Assembly: GCA_045653105.1 (NCBI GenBank)
Contig: JAZOLL010000047.1
Span: 698 to 64,697 of the forward strand
Reading direction: 5' to 3'
DNA length: 64,000 nucleotides
DNA from: Eubacteriales bacterium
Lineage (GTDB): Bacteria; Bacillota; Clostridia; Oscillospirales; CAG-272
Positions 17,286-26,369 of the stretch are shown here, one piece after another; positions within the stretch are counted from its first letter, which is position 1; each line of letters starts with the position of its first letter. Both the position numbers and the translations under genes were made by a program. Below the pieces are notes generated by a model. It ran no database searches, was not told where the DNA came from, and saw only the letters and a program-made list of their open reading frames with translations.

Positions 17286-19913
17286 TTATTTTTGAATTGC
17301 CGCCCGGTATATAATATCCGCCACGCTGTCTTCACCCGAGACCCCCTCAAGCTTTGATATACGTGTCTTATATTTGTCGATAGCTTTGCGACCACCGGCA
17401 AAATGAGAGATGTATTTTGCCGCACGACGTGACGAAGGTATATACAATGCTCCACCCACTTTTTTAACATAATAGTTCTTGGTATGTCTTTCAATATACG
17501 TTGCACACGTGGTAACCATTATCGGCACACCAAAGTATGCTGATTCGGCAAGCGCATTAGCTCCTGCCTTTCCGCAGAAAAGATCTGAGAGCGCAATATA
17601 TTCAAGTATGTTATTTGTATATCCAAGCGGGATAAGTTTTATATTGTTTGGTGTGTCAAGGGTATCAAGACGCATCTTAAGTTCATCATTTGTACCGCAG
17701 ATAGCTATTATAGTGATATCCTCTTTCGATTTCAAAAGATGCTCTACGGTGGACTCAAGCTTTGCCATTCCGTAACCACCGTCAAGCAGAACCACTGTAA
17801 ATGAGCTCTCGCAAATTCCGTATTTTTTTCTGAGTTCACTGCGTTTACCGAGCAGATCACGAGCGCTCTGACGGATAATTGGATCTACCGCTATAACATT
17901 TCCGCCCGCATAAAATCTTCTTCTGTCGGCCTGTTTCTTACCCACTTCGGTGGGAAGAAGGAAACAGTTAACGTCAACATTAAACATTCCGTTAGTATAA
18001 GGATCTGGACAAAGAAGCACTGTGTAGGGCGGATTTTTCATACCTGCTGCATAATACGCCGTTGACCAATGTGTTGTAAATAAAACATCGGCATCAAGCT
18101 CTTTCAGATGCTTCACTGCACGTTTTTTAGACTGGATACCGCTTGGAGTGCATGCCATTGTCCAGCTCAAAGAGAGTGCATCGCCACACAACCACGTTCC
18201 TATTCGGCAAAGAGCACCCGCAACAAAGTTCTTACTCTGATTTTTCACCGTGCGAACAAAGAGAGTTTCTGTCTTCTTAAGTTTAGGATCACCGGTCTCG
18301 TTATAAAAATCCGAGTGTATTATCTCTACTGCCTCTCCGTATTTTTCGCGGAAGCTACGCTCAACCGCCCCTTCGGGAATAATATGCCCCTTACCCGCTT
18401 CAACATATGTGAAGAGAACTCTAGGCTTACGTCCCGCATCTATGCGTTTGTGTGACAACAGTCGTGCTCTCCGTGTGTTTTCAAAATCAATCTCTGCCAA
18501 CACAAGGAACAGTGCATACGTTATCTGGAAATTCGGGTAGAAGAAGAAGTTGTCGAATAAAGACATAGCAAGTATCATAAACGGAACGAGAAGAAGCATT
18601 AGCTTATTAAGTGTGAAGCGTCTGACCGTCAGTTCCCCAAGATGCTTGAGATGCACGAAAAACGCGATAATACCAACTATCCCCATAGCTCCAAGGAACT
18701 GCAGGAACACGTTATGATACATCATACTGTAAATGTTGTTCATTGTTAGATCGCTTGAAAAAGCACCATCATTGATGCCTATGCCGAATATTGGCGCGCT
18801 TTTGAAGTCATCTATTGCGTTTTTAAACAGAGGAATTCTGGCATCATTTTTTATTTGATCAAAGCGAAGGAGTTTAATTGCCTCGCCAAACGGAAGTATC
18901 TCTTTGAAAATATAGAGAACAAGGCCTGTTCCAAGTGTTAACATCAACAAAGTGAAAATACGGTTAAACCATTTATTTTTACCACCGACACAAGTAAATA
19001 CCAGAGATATCACAAAGAATATCGCTCCAAAGAGCATAGCGGAACGAGAATTTATAAGCAAGGCGCCAAAAAGGAAGAGAACTGCAGATATGTATGAAAT
19101 GACAGAATACTTGCATTTTTTTGCTAAATACATAGCCGCAGGAATACCGAGAACGATAACCGCGCCGATAATCGTGGGAACCCCCCATGCAAGTACCGGA
19201 CGCCTTATTAAATTATGATTTAAATACTCCTCAGTAAAAAACAAAAGTCCGTTTTTATAGAAGCCCCATGAAACTATAGCAGTTTGAAAAAGCGCAACGT
19301 AAGAGGCGCAAACAAGCGTTTTGCAGGCGTATGTTATAGAATCGTTTGAACTATCAAGCATAGCAAGTAATATAAAATAAAAGAGTGTAAGTACCGCCCC
19401 AAAGAGCGCTCCGTAAAGTATGTTTATGGGCTCATACTTAGCAGAGAATATACCGTTTAAAAGAAAAGCTATATCAAGACAAATGATACCTATGGTAAAC
19501 ATACCGCGCTTTTTAAACGCTTTTTTTATAGTGCCGTCAAGAGAAAGGCGAATAACAAGCGCTATTGCCATTATCACACCCAAAAGGCACACATATTTAA
19601 AAGCCTCTACATCAAAGGACTGAAGATAGCCTTTTTCTGTGCTGTTAAATTCAAGCTCTTCAAAATCTCTGCCGAGTGAGTAATATGCCATAAGCATAGG
19701 AACTAGAAAAACCTTGTTATCACTTGAAAAAATCGCAGAGAGAAGAACCAAAGCGCAAAGCACACTTATCATTGGAAGATATGTTTCTCTGCCACCCAGT
19801 CCGGATATGATACAAATCACAGCAAAAATTATAGGATAAAAAACAGAATTGAATGCTCTGTCAAGTACGCAAAAAACTGTATTTTTACTGTTTTTAGATA
19901 TTACTCTGACCAT
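17286..19913 (-). CDS. fusion protein: O-antigen ligase/polymerase-like (Wzy_C) membrane domain plus C-terminal GT28 (MGDG-synthase/UgtP-like) glycosyltransferase
   Basis: Start ATG 19913 after AAAGGAGAG. Membrane part has ...NSRSAMLFGAIFF...FGIGINDGAF...YHNVFLQFLGAMGIVG. C-terminal part has RVLFTYVEAGKGHIIPEGAV and FCGKAGANALAESAYFGVPIMV, resembling the UgtP KPGG..EA...P motif. Confidence 0.7.
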   Translation of the reverse strand: MVRVISKNSKNTVFCVLDRAFNSVFYPIIFAVICIISGLGGRETYLPMISVLCALVLLSAIFSSDNKVFLVPMLMAYYSLGRDFEELEFNSTEKGYLQSFDVEAFKYVCLLGVIMAIALVIRLSLDGTIKKAFKKRGMFTIGIICLDIAFLLNGIFSAKYEPINILYGALFGAVLTLFYFILLAMLDSSNDSITYACKTLVCASYVALFQTAIVSWGFYKNGLLFFTEEYLNHNLIRRPVLAWGVPTIIGAVIVLGIPAAMYLAKKCKYSVISYISAVLFLFGALLINSRSAMLFGAIFFVISLVFTCVGGKNKWFNRIFTLLMLTLGTGLVLYIFKEILPFGEAIKLLRFDQIKNDARIPLFKNAIDDFKSAPIFGIGINDGAFSSDLTMNNIYSMMYHNVFLQFLGAMGIVGIIAFFVHLKHLGELTVRRFTLNKLMLLLVPFMILAMSLFDNFFFYPNFQITYALFLVLAEIDFENTRRARLLSHKRIDAGRKPRVLFTYVEAGKGHIIPEGAVERSFREKYGEAVEIIHSDFYNETGDPKLKKTETLFVRTVKNQSKNFVAGALCRIGTWLCGDALSLSWTMACTPSGIQSKKRAVKHLKELDADVLFTTHWSTAYYAAGMKNPPYTVLLCPDPYTNGMFNVDVNCFLLPTEVGKKQADRRRFYAGGNVIAVDPIIRQSARDLLGKRSELRKKYGICESSFTVVLLDGGYGMAKLESTVEHLLKSKEDITIIAICGTNDELKMRLDTLDTPNNIKLIPLGYTNNILEYIALSDLFCGKAGANALAESAYFGVPIMVTTCATYIERHTKNYYVKKVGGALYIPSSRRAAKYISHFAGGRKAIDKYKTRISKLEGVSGEDSVADIIYRAAIQK

Positions 19914-20065
19914 ATCTTCTCTCCTTTCAAAAATCAATGCGGATTTCTTTTTCAGTATATCACATTTTGTAAAGAAAAACAAGAGGTAGGTGTATTTAAC
20001 AAGTAAATTTTCTGAGTTTTAAATAACATAGTTTTTGAAAATAATAATATATTGTAAAATAGGTA

Positions 20066-20094
20066 TTGAATTTTTTATAAAAATCGTTTACAAT
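20066..20094 (+). promoter_or_regulatory. promoter of the DedA-PlsC fusion gene (TTGAAT-17-TACAAT)
   Basis: TTGAAT at 20066-20071, 17-nt spacer, TACAAT at 20089-20094. Confidence 0.45.
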
Positions 20095-20147
20095 ATATTC
20101 ATAGTGATAAAATCGCTATACAACGCAAATTCAAAAGGATTGAGGAC

Positions 20148-22076
20148 ATGACAAAGCCAAAAAATTTCAAGCTCATAGTTGCCGGGGGGGTAGTTGTTTT
20201 ACTTATTCTCCTTGCTCTTTTCCTTTTTGCCGGAGATAATCTCGATATACTAAAAACAATTTTGACCGAAGACCTAAGTGATGAACAGATAAGAGAAAGA
20301 GTATCTCATCTCGGTATTGGCGGTTATCTTTTTGTAACCATCCTTTCCGCACTTCAGGTTATCGTTCCATTTCTCCCCTCTGGTCCCGTTCAGATCGTAT
20401 CAGGACTCAGTTATGGATTCTGGATAGGTCTCCTTCCCTGTATAGTCGGTATAATCCTTGGGAACTCCGCGATACACCTGCTCTATAGAACCTATGGTGA
20501 CTCTATCCGTAGCTTTTTCTGCAAACGCGACGAGGTGGATTTTAGTGAGGTCTCTAACTCTAAAAGAGTTGCAACGCTCATACTGGCTCTTTATTTCGTG
20601 CCTGCAGTTCCATACGGAATGATAGCTTTTTTGACAGCAACTCTTGATATGAGATACAGACGTTATCTTGCCATCACAACACTGGGTGCACTTCCCTCTT
20701 GCCTTATTACAGTAGCGCTTGGACACGTGGCTCTCTTCTACAGCTGGAAGACAGCTATAATAATCTGCGCGGTACTCCTTGTTTTGATAATCATTCTTCT
20801 CTTTAACCGTACCGTTTTGCTCAAAAAGCTCAACGATGCACTTAAATCTTCAAGAAAGAAGAGCTCATCAAAGAAAAATGTAAAAACTTATAACCACCAT
20901 AAGCTGGATCTTCCTTATATCATTTTTAGAACACTTATTTTGGGCAAAATAAAGTTTAAATTTAGCCGTAAGATTGACAAGATAGAGCGACCCGCAATCG
21001 TTCTTTGCAATCACGGTGCATTTATCGACTTTGCCTATGCGGGAACACTTCTCAAAAAGGAGAGTCCCAACTTTGTAGTTGCAAGACTTTATTTCTATAA
21101 AAAACTCACAAATAACATCTTAAGAAGCTTTGGTTGTTTTCCAAAAAGTATGTTTGCCAACGACCTTGACAGTGCGATGAACTGTCTTCGTGTTATACGC
21201 GGTGGTGGTGTACTTGCGATGATGCCCGAAGCAAGGCTTTCCACTGTCGGAAAGTTTGAGGACATTCAGGAATCTACTTTCTCTTTCCTCAAAAAGAGTG
21301 GAGTTCACGTATATACTATAAAGATCTGCGGAGACTATCTCGCAAAACCCAAGTGGGGTAAAGGGCTCAGGCGCGGAGCACTTGTAGATGCACAGCTTGA
21401 CCTTCTCTTCACTCCCGAGGAGCTAAAAAAACTCACAGTGGCAGAAATAAAGGAAAAGACCGAAGCCGCACTTAATTACGACGAGTTTGCTTGGCTTGAG
21501 GAGCACCCCGAGCTCAAATATCGTTCACGGCATATGGCAGAGGGACTTGAAAACGTTATCACGCTTTGCCCACACTGTAATTCCCGTTGCTCATTCACTA
21601 CAAAGGGCAACAAGATGACCTGCGGTGAGTGTGGTCTTGAAGTTGAAATAAATGAAAGATATGCCTTTAACGAGGGCGCACCGTTTGAAAACTTTGCCGT
21701 TTGGTATGACTGGCAGATAGAACAGCTCAGGGAAAAGTTCAGAAATGATGAGAACTTTAAACTGAGCACAAAGGTAGAACTCAAGCACGCATCTCGCGAC
21801 GGCAAGCATCTCTTAGATCTTGCAGGCAACGGCGAGTGTACCCTTACACGTGAAGGACTCACCTACGTTGGCACGGATTTTGGTGAGAACGTGGAGCGTC
21901 ATTTCGCGGCAGAAGAGATATACAGACTTCTCTTTGGCGCCGGAGAGGATTTTGAGATATACGACGGCAAGGAGATATACTACTTTACACCTGAGGACAG
22001 ACGAGAGTGTGTTGATTGGTATATCGCAAGTTGCATCCTCTATGAAGAAAGAACAAAAGAAAAAGAGACCGTATAA
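20148..22076 (+). CDS. fusion protein: TVP38/TMEM64 (DedA/SNARE-associated) membrane domain plus PlsC-type acyltransferase plus C-terminal zinc-ribbon domain
   Basis: DedA-like VPFLPSGPVQIVSGLSYGFWIGLL. Acyltransferase HX4D block NHGAFID and MPEARLS. Zinc ribbon CPHCNSRCSF...CGECG. Confidence 0.7.
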   Translation: MTKPKNFKLIVAGGVVVLLILLALFLFAGDNLDILKTILTEDLSDEQIRERVSHLGIGGYLFVTILSALQVIVPFLPSGPVQIVSGLSYGFWIGLLPCIVGIILGNSAIHLLYRTYGDSIRSFFCKRDEVDFSEVSNSKRVATLILALYFVPAVPYGMIAFLTATLDMRYRRYLAITTLGALPSCLITVALGHVALFYSWKTAIIICAVLLVLIIILLFNRTVLLKKLNDALKSSRKKSSSKKNVKTYNHHKLDLPYIIFRTLILGKIKFKFSRKIDKIERPAIVLCNHGAFIDFAYAGTLLKKESPNFVVARLYFYKKLTNNILRSFGCFPKSMFANDLDSAMNCLRVIRGGGVLAMMPEARLSTVGKFEDIQESTFSFLKKSGVHVYTIKICGDYLAKPKWGKGLRRGALVDAQLDLLFTPEELKKLTVAEIKEKTEAALNYDEFAWLEEHPELKYRSRHMAEGLENVITLCPHCNSRCSFTTKGNKMTCGECGLEVEINERYAFNEGAPFENFAVWYDWQIEQLREKFRNDENFKLSTKVELKHASRDGKHLLDLAGNGECTLTREGLTYVGTDFGENVERHFAAEEIYRLLFGAGEDFEIYDGKEIYYFTPEDRRECVDWYIASCILYEERTKEKETV

Positions 22077-22086
22077 GTCTCAAATT

Positions 22087-22118
22087 AAAATTGCTCAGCA
22101 TGACTGCTGAGCAATTTT
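22087..22118. terminator. bidirectional intrinsic terminator
   Basis: AAAATTGCTCAGCA-TGAC-TGCTGAGCAATTTT. Confidence 0.7.
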
Positions 22119-22652
22119 TTATTTATCAAGTGTGGTTGTGAGCTCGCTTATGTCCTTGCGCTTTTTGGGGCGCACCTGATATTCGTGTCTGGAATATCCA
22201 AGTGTAATAACGAGACGAACTGTTCCCGAAACTCCGCAAAGCTCCTTGAGTGTATCTCCGTCAAGCCAACCGAGAATACAAGTCTCAAGTCCCTGCGCGG
22301 TTGCCTCTGCGGTCATATAAGCGCAAACTATACCTATATCTATCGAGCGATAGTCGTTTTTCTTGAGCTTTGCGCCGAGTGCCGCAAGCTTGACGTAAGG
22401 TTCTTCGGATATAACAAGCATTACAGGCGCGTCAACTGCAAACTCGTTCATACCCATTCCACCAACAGCCTTTGCTACCTTTTTGGCAACCTCCCCCTTG
22501 CACACGGTTATATGATAGGGCTGTCCGTTACAAGCCGAAGGAGAGAGTCTTGCCGCCTCAAGTATTGCGTCTATCTTTTCTTGCTCAACCTCACGTGTGG
22601 GATCATATTTTCTGCAAGAATAACGTCTTTGTGCTATTTCCTTAAAATTCAT
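22119..22652 (-). CDS. nitroreductase family protein
   Basis: MNFKEIAQRRYSCRKYDPTREVEQEKIDAILEAARLSPSACNGQPYH. Confidence 0.8.
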   Translation of the reverse strand: MNFKEIAQRRYSCRKYDPTREVEQEKIDAILEAARLSPSACNGQPYHITVCKGEVAKKVAKAVGGMGMNEFAVDAPVMLVISEEPYVKLAALGAKLKKNDYRSIDIGIVCAYMTAEATAQGLETCILGWLDGDTLKELCGVSGTVRLVITLGYSRHEYQVRPKKRKDISELTTTLDK

Positions 22653-22680
22653 AGTTATACCTCCTGTTTTCTAATATATC

Positions 22681-23235
22681 TCAATTTATTGATCTTATAA
22701 AATACTCTGTGAGTATCTGTGGAGACTCCTTCATTCCGTTTTCCAGCCACCAGCGGATAGTTTCAACAAAGCTTGAAGAAATGTGGTTTATAAAAAACTC
22801 TTTGGGAAGATCCTTGGCTTTATCCGACTCAAACAAGTAAAACTGATCTTCAATAAGTGTCCTCAGATGCTTTTTGAAGCATCTCAAAAAGAGCTCATTA
22901 TTCTGCGATACCAAAAGAAACAAAATATTGTTATCATTCCTTTGCAGATGCTCTATAAGATGCAAAAACACCGAGTTTGGAGCATCACATTCAAAAATAT
23001 GCGAGTGATGTTCCCTTTTTTTATATATCGAATCAAATATATGACAAAAAAGCTCTTCGCAAAGCTCACTCAAAAGATCATCCTTTGTCTCGAAGTGTGC
23101 GTAGAAGGTAGCTCTGCCAACATCCGCTCGCTCTATTATTTCGGCTACTGTGATCTTATTGAAATCCTTTTTAGACAAAAGCTCACCAAAGGCCTCAAAA
23201 ATAGCTTCTCTCGTCTTTTTTTGACGTCTATCCAT
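22681..23235 (-). CDS. TetR/AcrR family transcriptional regulator
   Basis: N-terminal HTH KITVAEIIERADVGRATFYAHFETKDDLL. Confidence 0.8.
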   Translation of the reverse strand: MDRRQKKTREAIFEAFGELLSKKDFNKITVAEIIERADVGRATFYAHFETKDDLLSELCEELFCHIFDSIYKKREHHSHIFECDAPNSVFLHLIEHLQRNDNNILFLLVSQNNELFLRCFKKHLRTLIEDQFYLFESDKAKDLPKEFFINHISSSFVETIRWWLENGMKESPQILTEYFIRSIN

Positions 23236-23264
23236 ACTTTTTCTCCATACAATATTGTAGATTT

Positions 23265-23278
23265 GTTCGGTATCGAAC
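23265..23278. promoter_or_regulatory. candidate TetR operator palindrome GTTCG-N4-CGAAC
   Basis: GTTCGGTATCGAAC lies 30 nt upstream of the tetR start. A weaker GAAC-N5-GTTC occurs at 23333-23345. Confidence 0.3.
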
Positions 23279-23397
23279 TATAGTAATAAAACGTATGTTG
23301 ACTTGTACACAAAAAAGCGTTACGCTAATATCGAACAATCCGTTCACTATCATGTATATTATACAACAATTACATCAAAAAGTCAAAGGGGGCTTTT

Positions 23398-24300
23398 ATG
23401 AAAACTGAAAAAAACATTTTACTTGCGTTTCTTCTAAATCTTTCTTTTTCAATATTTGAATTTATCGGAGGATTGTTTACGGGAAGCGTTGCTATTCTTT
23501 CTGACTCTCTTCATGACCTTGGGGATGCGGCAAGCATCGGCATATCCTTTTTTCTTGAAAAAAAGAGCAAAAGAGGGGCAGACGAAAAGTACACTTACGG
23601 CTATGCGGGATTTTCTACAATTGGGAGCGTTATAACAACTCTCATACTCTTGCTCGGTTCTTTAATAGTTTTTTACAGCTCGGTAAAAAGAATATTTTAC
23701 CCTGTGTCTATAGATTATAGCGGAATGATCGTTTTTGCGATTTTAGGTGTTTGCATAAATCTTGCTGCGGCACTCTTTACAAGAGGCGGAGGATCATTAA
23801 ATCAAAGAGCGGTCAACCTTCATATGCTTGAAGACTCACTCGGCTGGATCGCAGTTTTCATCGGAGCGATCGTTATGAAATTTACCGACATCTCGCTCAT
23901 AGATCCCCTGATATCTATTTGTATTTCTGTTTTTATTGCGGCGAATGCCATAAAAAATCTCGGGGCGGTCACAAACATTCTTCTTTTTAAAACTCCGAGA
24001 GAGATTACTGTACCCGAAATAAAAGATCATATTCTTGAAATAGACGGGGTTATAGACGTTCACCACGTTCATATCTGGAGTATAGATTCTCAGACAAATT
24101 ACGCTACAATGCACATTGTTACAAGCAGCAATAATCAAGACATAAAAAAGCTTATACGCAAAGAACTCCAAGAACATGGCATATCTCACGTTACGATTGA
24201 ATTTGAAACTAAAGATGAGGAGTGTTACGAACCGAAATGTCGGGTAAATATGCCTGATACCCACGCGCATCACCATCACGCACATCACCATCATCACTGA
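23398..24300 (+). CDS. czcD: cation diffusion facilitator (Zn/Co/Cd efflux) with His-rich C-terminal tail
   Basis: SVAILSDSLHDLGD, HMLEDSLGW, and tail HAHHHHAHHHHH. Confidence 0.8.
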   Translation: MKTEKNILLAFLLNLSFSIFEFIGGLFTGSVAILSDSLHDLGDAASIGISFFLEKKSKRGADEKYTYGYAGFSTIGSVITTLILLLGSLIVFYSSVKRIFYPVSIDYSGMIVFAILGVCINLAAALFTRGGGSLNQRAVNLHMLEDSLGWIAVFIGAIVMKFTDISLIDPLISICISVFIAANAIKNLGAVTNILLFKTPREITVPEIKDHILEIDGVIDVHHVHIWSIDSQTNYATMHIVTSSNNQDIKKLIRKELQEHGISHVTIEFETKDEECYEPKCRVNMPDTHAHHHHAHHHHH

Positions 24301-24320
24301 TATTTAATTATTTAAATCTA

Positions 24321-24349
24321 TTGATTTTTATACTTCCTTGTGATATAAT
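24321..24349 (+). promoter_or_regulatory. promoter of pnuC copy 2 (TTGATT-17-TATAAT, TG-extended)
   Basis: TTGATT at 24321-24326, TGATATAAT at 24341-24349. Confidence 0.55.
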
Positions 24350-24431
24350 CACTATGGTAAAAAGAATTTAGCATTCGTTATGCATCAAGGCCTCTTAAAA
24401 GATGTGTGCGAGTGCTTTTTTAGGAGTATAA
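24350..24431 (+). promoter_or_regulatory. structured leader with intrinsic terminator upstream of pnuC copy 2 (homolog of the 608-713 leader)
   Basis: Stem GCATTCG (24371-24377) pairs with CGAGTGC (24409-24415), followed by T6. Inner stem and the AAGATGTGT block are shared with copy 1. Confidence 0.55.
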
Positions 24432-25121
24432 ATGAAAAAGATCTCTGCTTATTTTTCAAAATTCGAGCTTGCTTTATGGATAGGCTCCGCATCGGGTATA
24501 ATCCTCGCATTTCTTATTTTTGACGGTGAGAATTATCTGTCTCTTATAGCATCGCTGATCGGTGTTTCCTCGCTGGTCTTCTATGCAAAGGGCAACCCAA
24601 TCGGACACGCCATAGGCATTGTATTCTGCATACTGTATGCCATAATATCTTACAGCTTTTCCTACTACGGAGAGATGATAACATATCTTTGTATGAGTCT
24701 TCCGATGGCTATAATCGCGCTTGTATCCTGGACAAGAAACCCATATAAGAATAACAAAGCCGAAGTCAAAATAAACTCTATAACTAAAAAAGAGTTCCTA
24801 CTTATGTGGATACCTACCATTTTGGTTACTGTTGCTTTTTACTTTATACTAAAATATTTTGGGACGGCAAATCTTCTCCCCAGCACATTCTCTGTTGCTA
24901 CATCCTTTGCCGCGGTCTATCTCTGCTCAAAGCGAACACCCTATTATGCCTTGGCTTACGTTGCAAATGACGCTGTGCTTATCGTTTTGTGGCTTCTCGC
25001 AAGTCTTGAAAGCACACGTTATATCTCTATGCTCGTTTGCTTTATTGCCTTTCTTTTCAACGACATATACGGCTTTACAAACTGGCAGAGAATGAAAAGA
25101 AGACAATCCCGCAACGATTGA
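24432..25121 (+). CDS. pnuC: PnuC-family nicotinamide riboside (vitamin) transporter, copy 2
   Basis: Collinear with copy 1 along its full length, e.g. YYGEMITYL, NPYK.NKAEVK, FLFNDIY..TNWQRMKRRQ. Confidence 0.75.
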   Translation: MKKISAYFSKFELALWIGSASGIILAFLIFDGENYLSLIASLIGVSSLVFYAKGNPIGHAIGIVFCILYAIISYSFSYYGEMITYLCMSLPMAIIALVSWTRNPYKNNKAEVKINSITKKEFLLMWIPTILVTVAFYFILKYFGTANLLPSTFSVATSFAAVYLCSKRTPYYALAYVANDAVLIVLWLLASLESTRYISMLVCFIAFLFNDIYGFTNWQRMKRRQSRND

Positions 25122-25171
25122 CACAAATTAGAAAAAATGCTATAATGTTTTTAGAAAGTGAGGTGAGCGCT

Positions 25172-26353
25172 GTGTTGTATCCCGAATATATTGCCGATAT
25201 TTTATCTATGCTTCATATAAGTGGATATGAGGCATATATTGTCGGCGGAAGTGTCCGAGATTCCCTGCTCGGTCTTATTCCAAACGATTTTGACATAACG
25301 ACTTCAGCTCTCCCCGAAAATATTATCGAAGTCTTTAGTGCCTTTAAGCTTGTGACTACAGGTCTCAAGCACGGCACGGTTACCGTTATATACGATTCAA
25401 AGCCCATAGAGATCACAACCTTCCGTGTGGACGGTGATTATCTCGACAACCGCCACCCGAGCAAGGTGTATTTCACAGACAGTATCGTTGCCGACCTCTC
25501 TCGCCGAGACTTTACCGTAAATGCTATGGCGTATGACGGCGAGCACGGTGTGATAGACCCGTTTGACGGCAAAGGAGATCTCGAACGCAAAATAATACGT
25601 ACTGTAGGTGAGCCTGAGAGGAGGTTTTCAGAGGATGCTCTCAGAATCATGCGCGCTTTCAGATTTTCAGCCCAGCTCGGTTTTGAGATATGTGACTCAA
25701 CACTTCTTGCCACAAGCACACTAAAGTGTGGTCTTGCAAAGGTTTCAAGAGAGCGTATATCAACGGAATTTATAAAGCTCATCACTTCAAAAGATCCCCT
25801 TTATGCAATGACTAAAATGAAGGAACACGGTATTTTTGAATACGTGCTTGGCTCTCATATTCCAAAGGATTCCGATATAAAAGCTCTCTCCGATGCGCCA
25901 AACACTCCCCGCGCACGACTTGGACTTTTGCTATCATCCTGCCCCGAGGAGCTTCGCGCGGATATACTTTCAAATCTCAAGATTTCAAACAAGCTCACGT
26001 CAAACGTGTTTACTATAGCAAAAAGACTTTCCTCAAGCCTTGAAGGTAATGAGACAGACGCTCGCAAATTTATAGGCTCTTGCGGAGAACTTGTCACCGA
26101 GGTGCTTGAATCTGCAAAGGCGCTCGGCATTCTTGATCCTGATTTTGAGGATGCTGTCAAAAAAAATCTCAAAAAGAAACTCTGTTTATCCTACAAGGAG
26201 CTTGCAATCAACGGAAACGACCTTATTTCTATGGGAGCCTCGGGCAAGCAGATAGGATATATTCTCGATGCATTGCTTGAAGAAGTGACCGCAGAACCCC
26301 AAAAAAACGAGCGAGAGACACTGCTCTCGCTTGCAAGTAAGCATTTGATATAA
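25172..26353 (+). CDS. cca: CCA-adding tRNA nucleotidyltransferase
   Basis: YIVGGSVRDSLLGLIPNDFDITT and RRDFTVNAMA. GTG 25172 (RBS GAGGTGA) is preferred; ATG 25145 is possible. The track start at 25037 overlaps pnuC. Confidence 0.8.
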   Translation: MLYPEYIADILSMLHISGYEAYIVGGSVRDSLLGLIPNDFDITTSALPENIIEVFSAFKLVTTGLKHGTVTVIYDSKPIEITTFRVDGDYLDNRHPSKVYFTDSIVADLSRRDFTVNAMAYDGEHGVIDPFDGKGDLERKIIRTVGEPERRFSEDALRIMRAFRFSAQLGFEICDSTLLATSTLKCGLAKVSRERISTEFIKLITSKDPLYAMTKMKEHGIFEYVLGSHIPKDSDIKALSDAPNTPRARLGLLLSSCPEELRADILSNLKISNKLTSNVFTIAKRLSSSLEGNETDARKFIGSCGELVTEVLESAKALGILDPDFEDAVKKNLKKKLCLSYKELAINGNDLISMGASGKQIGYILDALLEEVTAEPQKNERETLLSLASKHLI

Positions 26354-26369
26354 GTAAAGGACATAAAAT

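Noticed and set aside
24262-24297. HAHHHHAHHHHH tail that looks like an engineered His-tag
   Set aside because: The run is interrupted, uses mixed CAC/CAT codons, and sits at the end of a cation-diffusion-facilitator, where natural His-rich metal-binding tails are common. No vector-like sequence is nearby.
25037-25171. N-terminal extension of the cca ORF overlapping the end of pnuC copy 2
   Set aside because: The extension overlaps pnuC by 85 nt and has no RBS. A GTG at 25172 with GAGGTGA 7 nt upstream gives a protein that aligns with the normal CCA-enzyme N-terminus.
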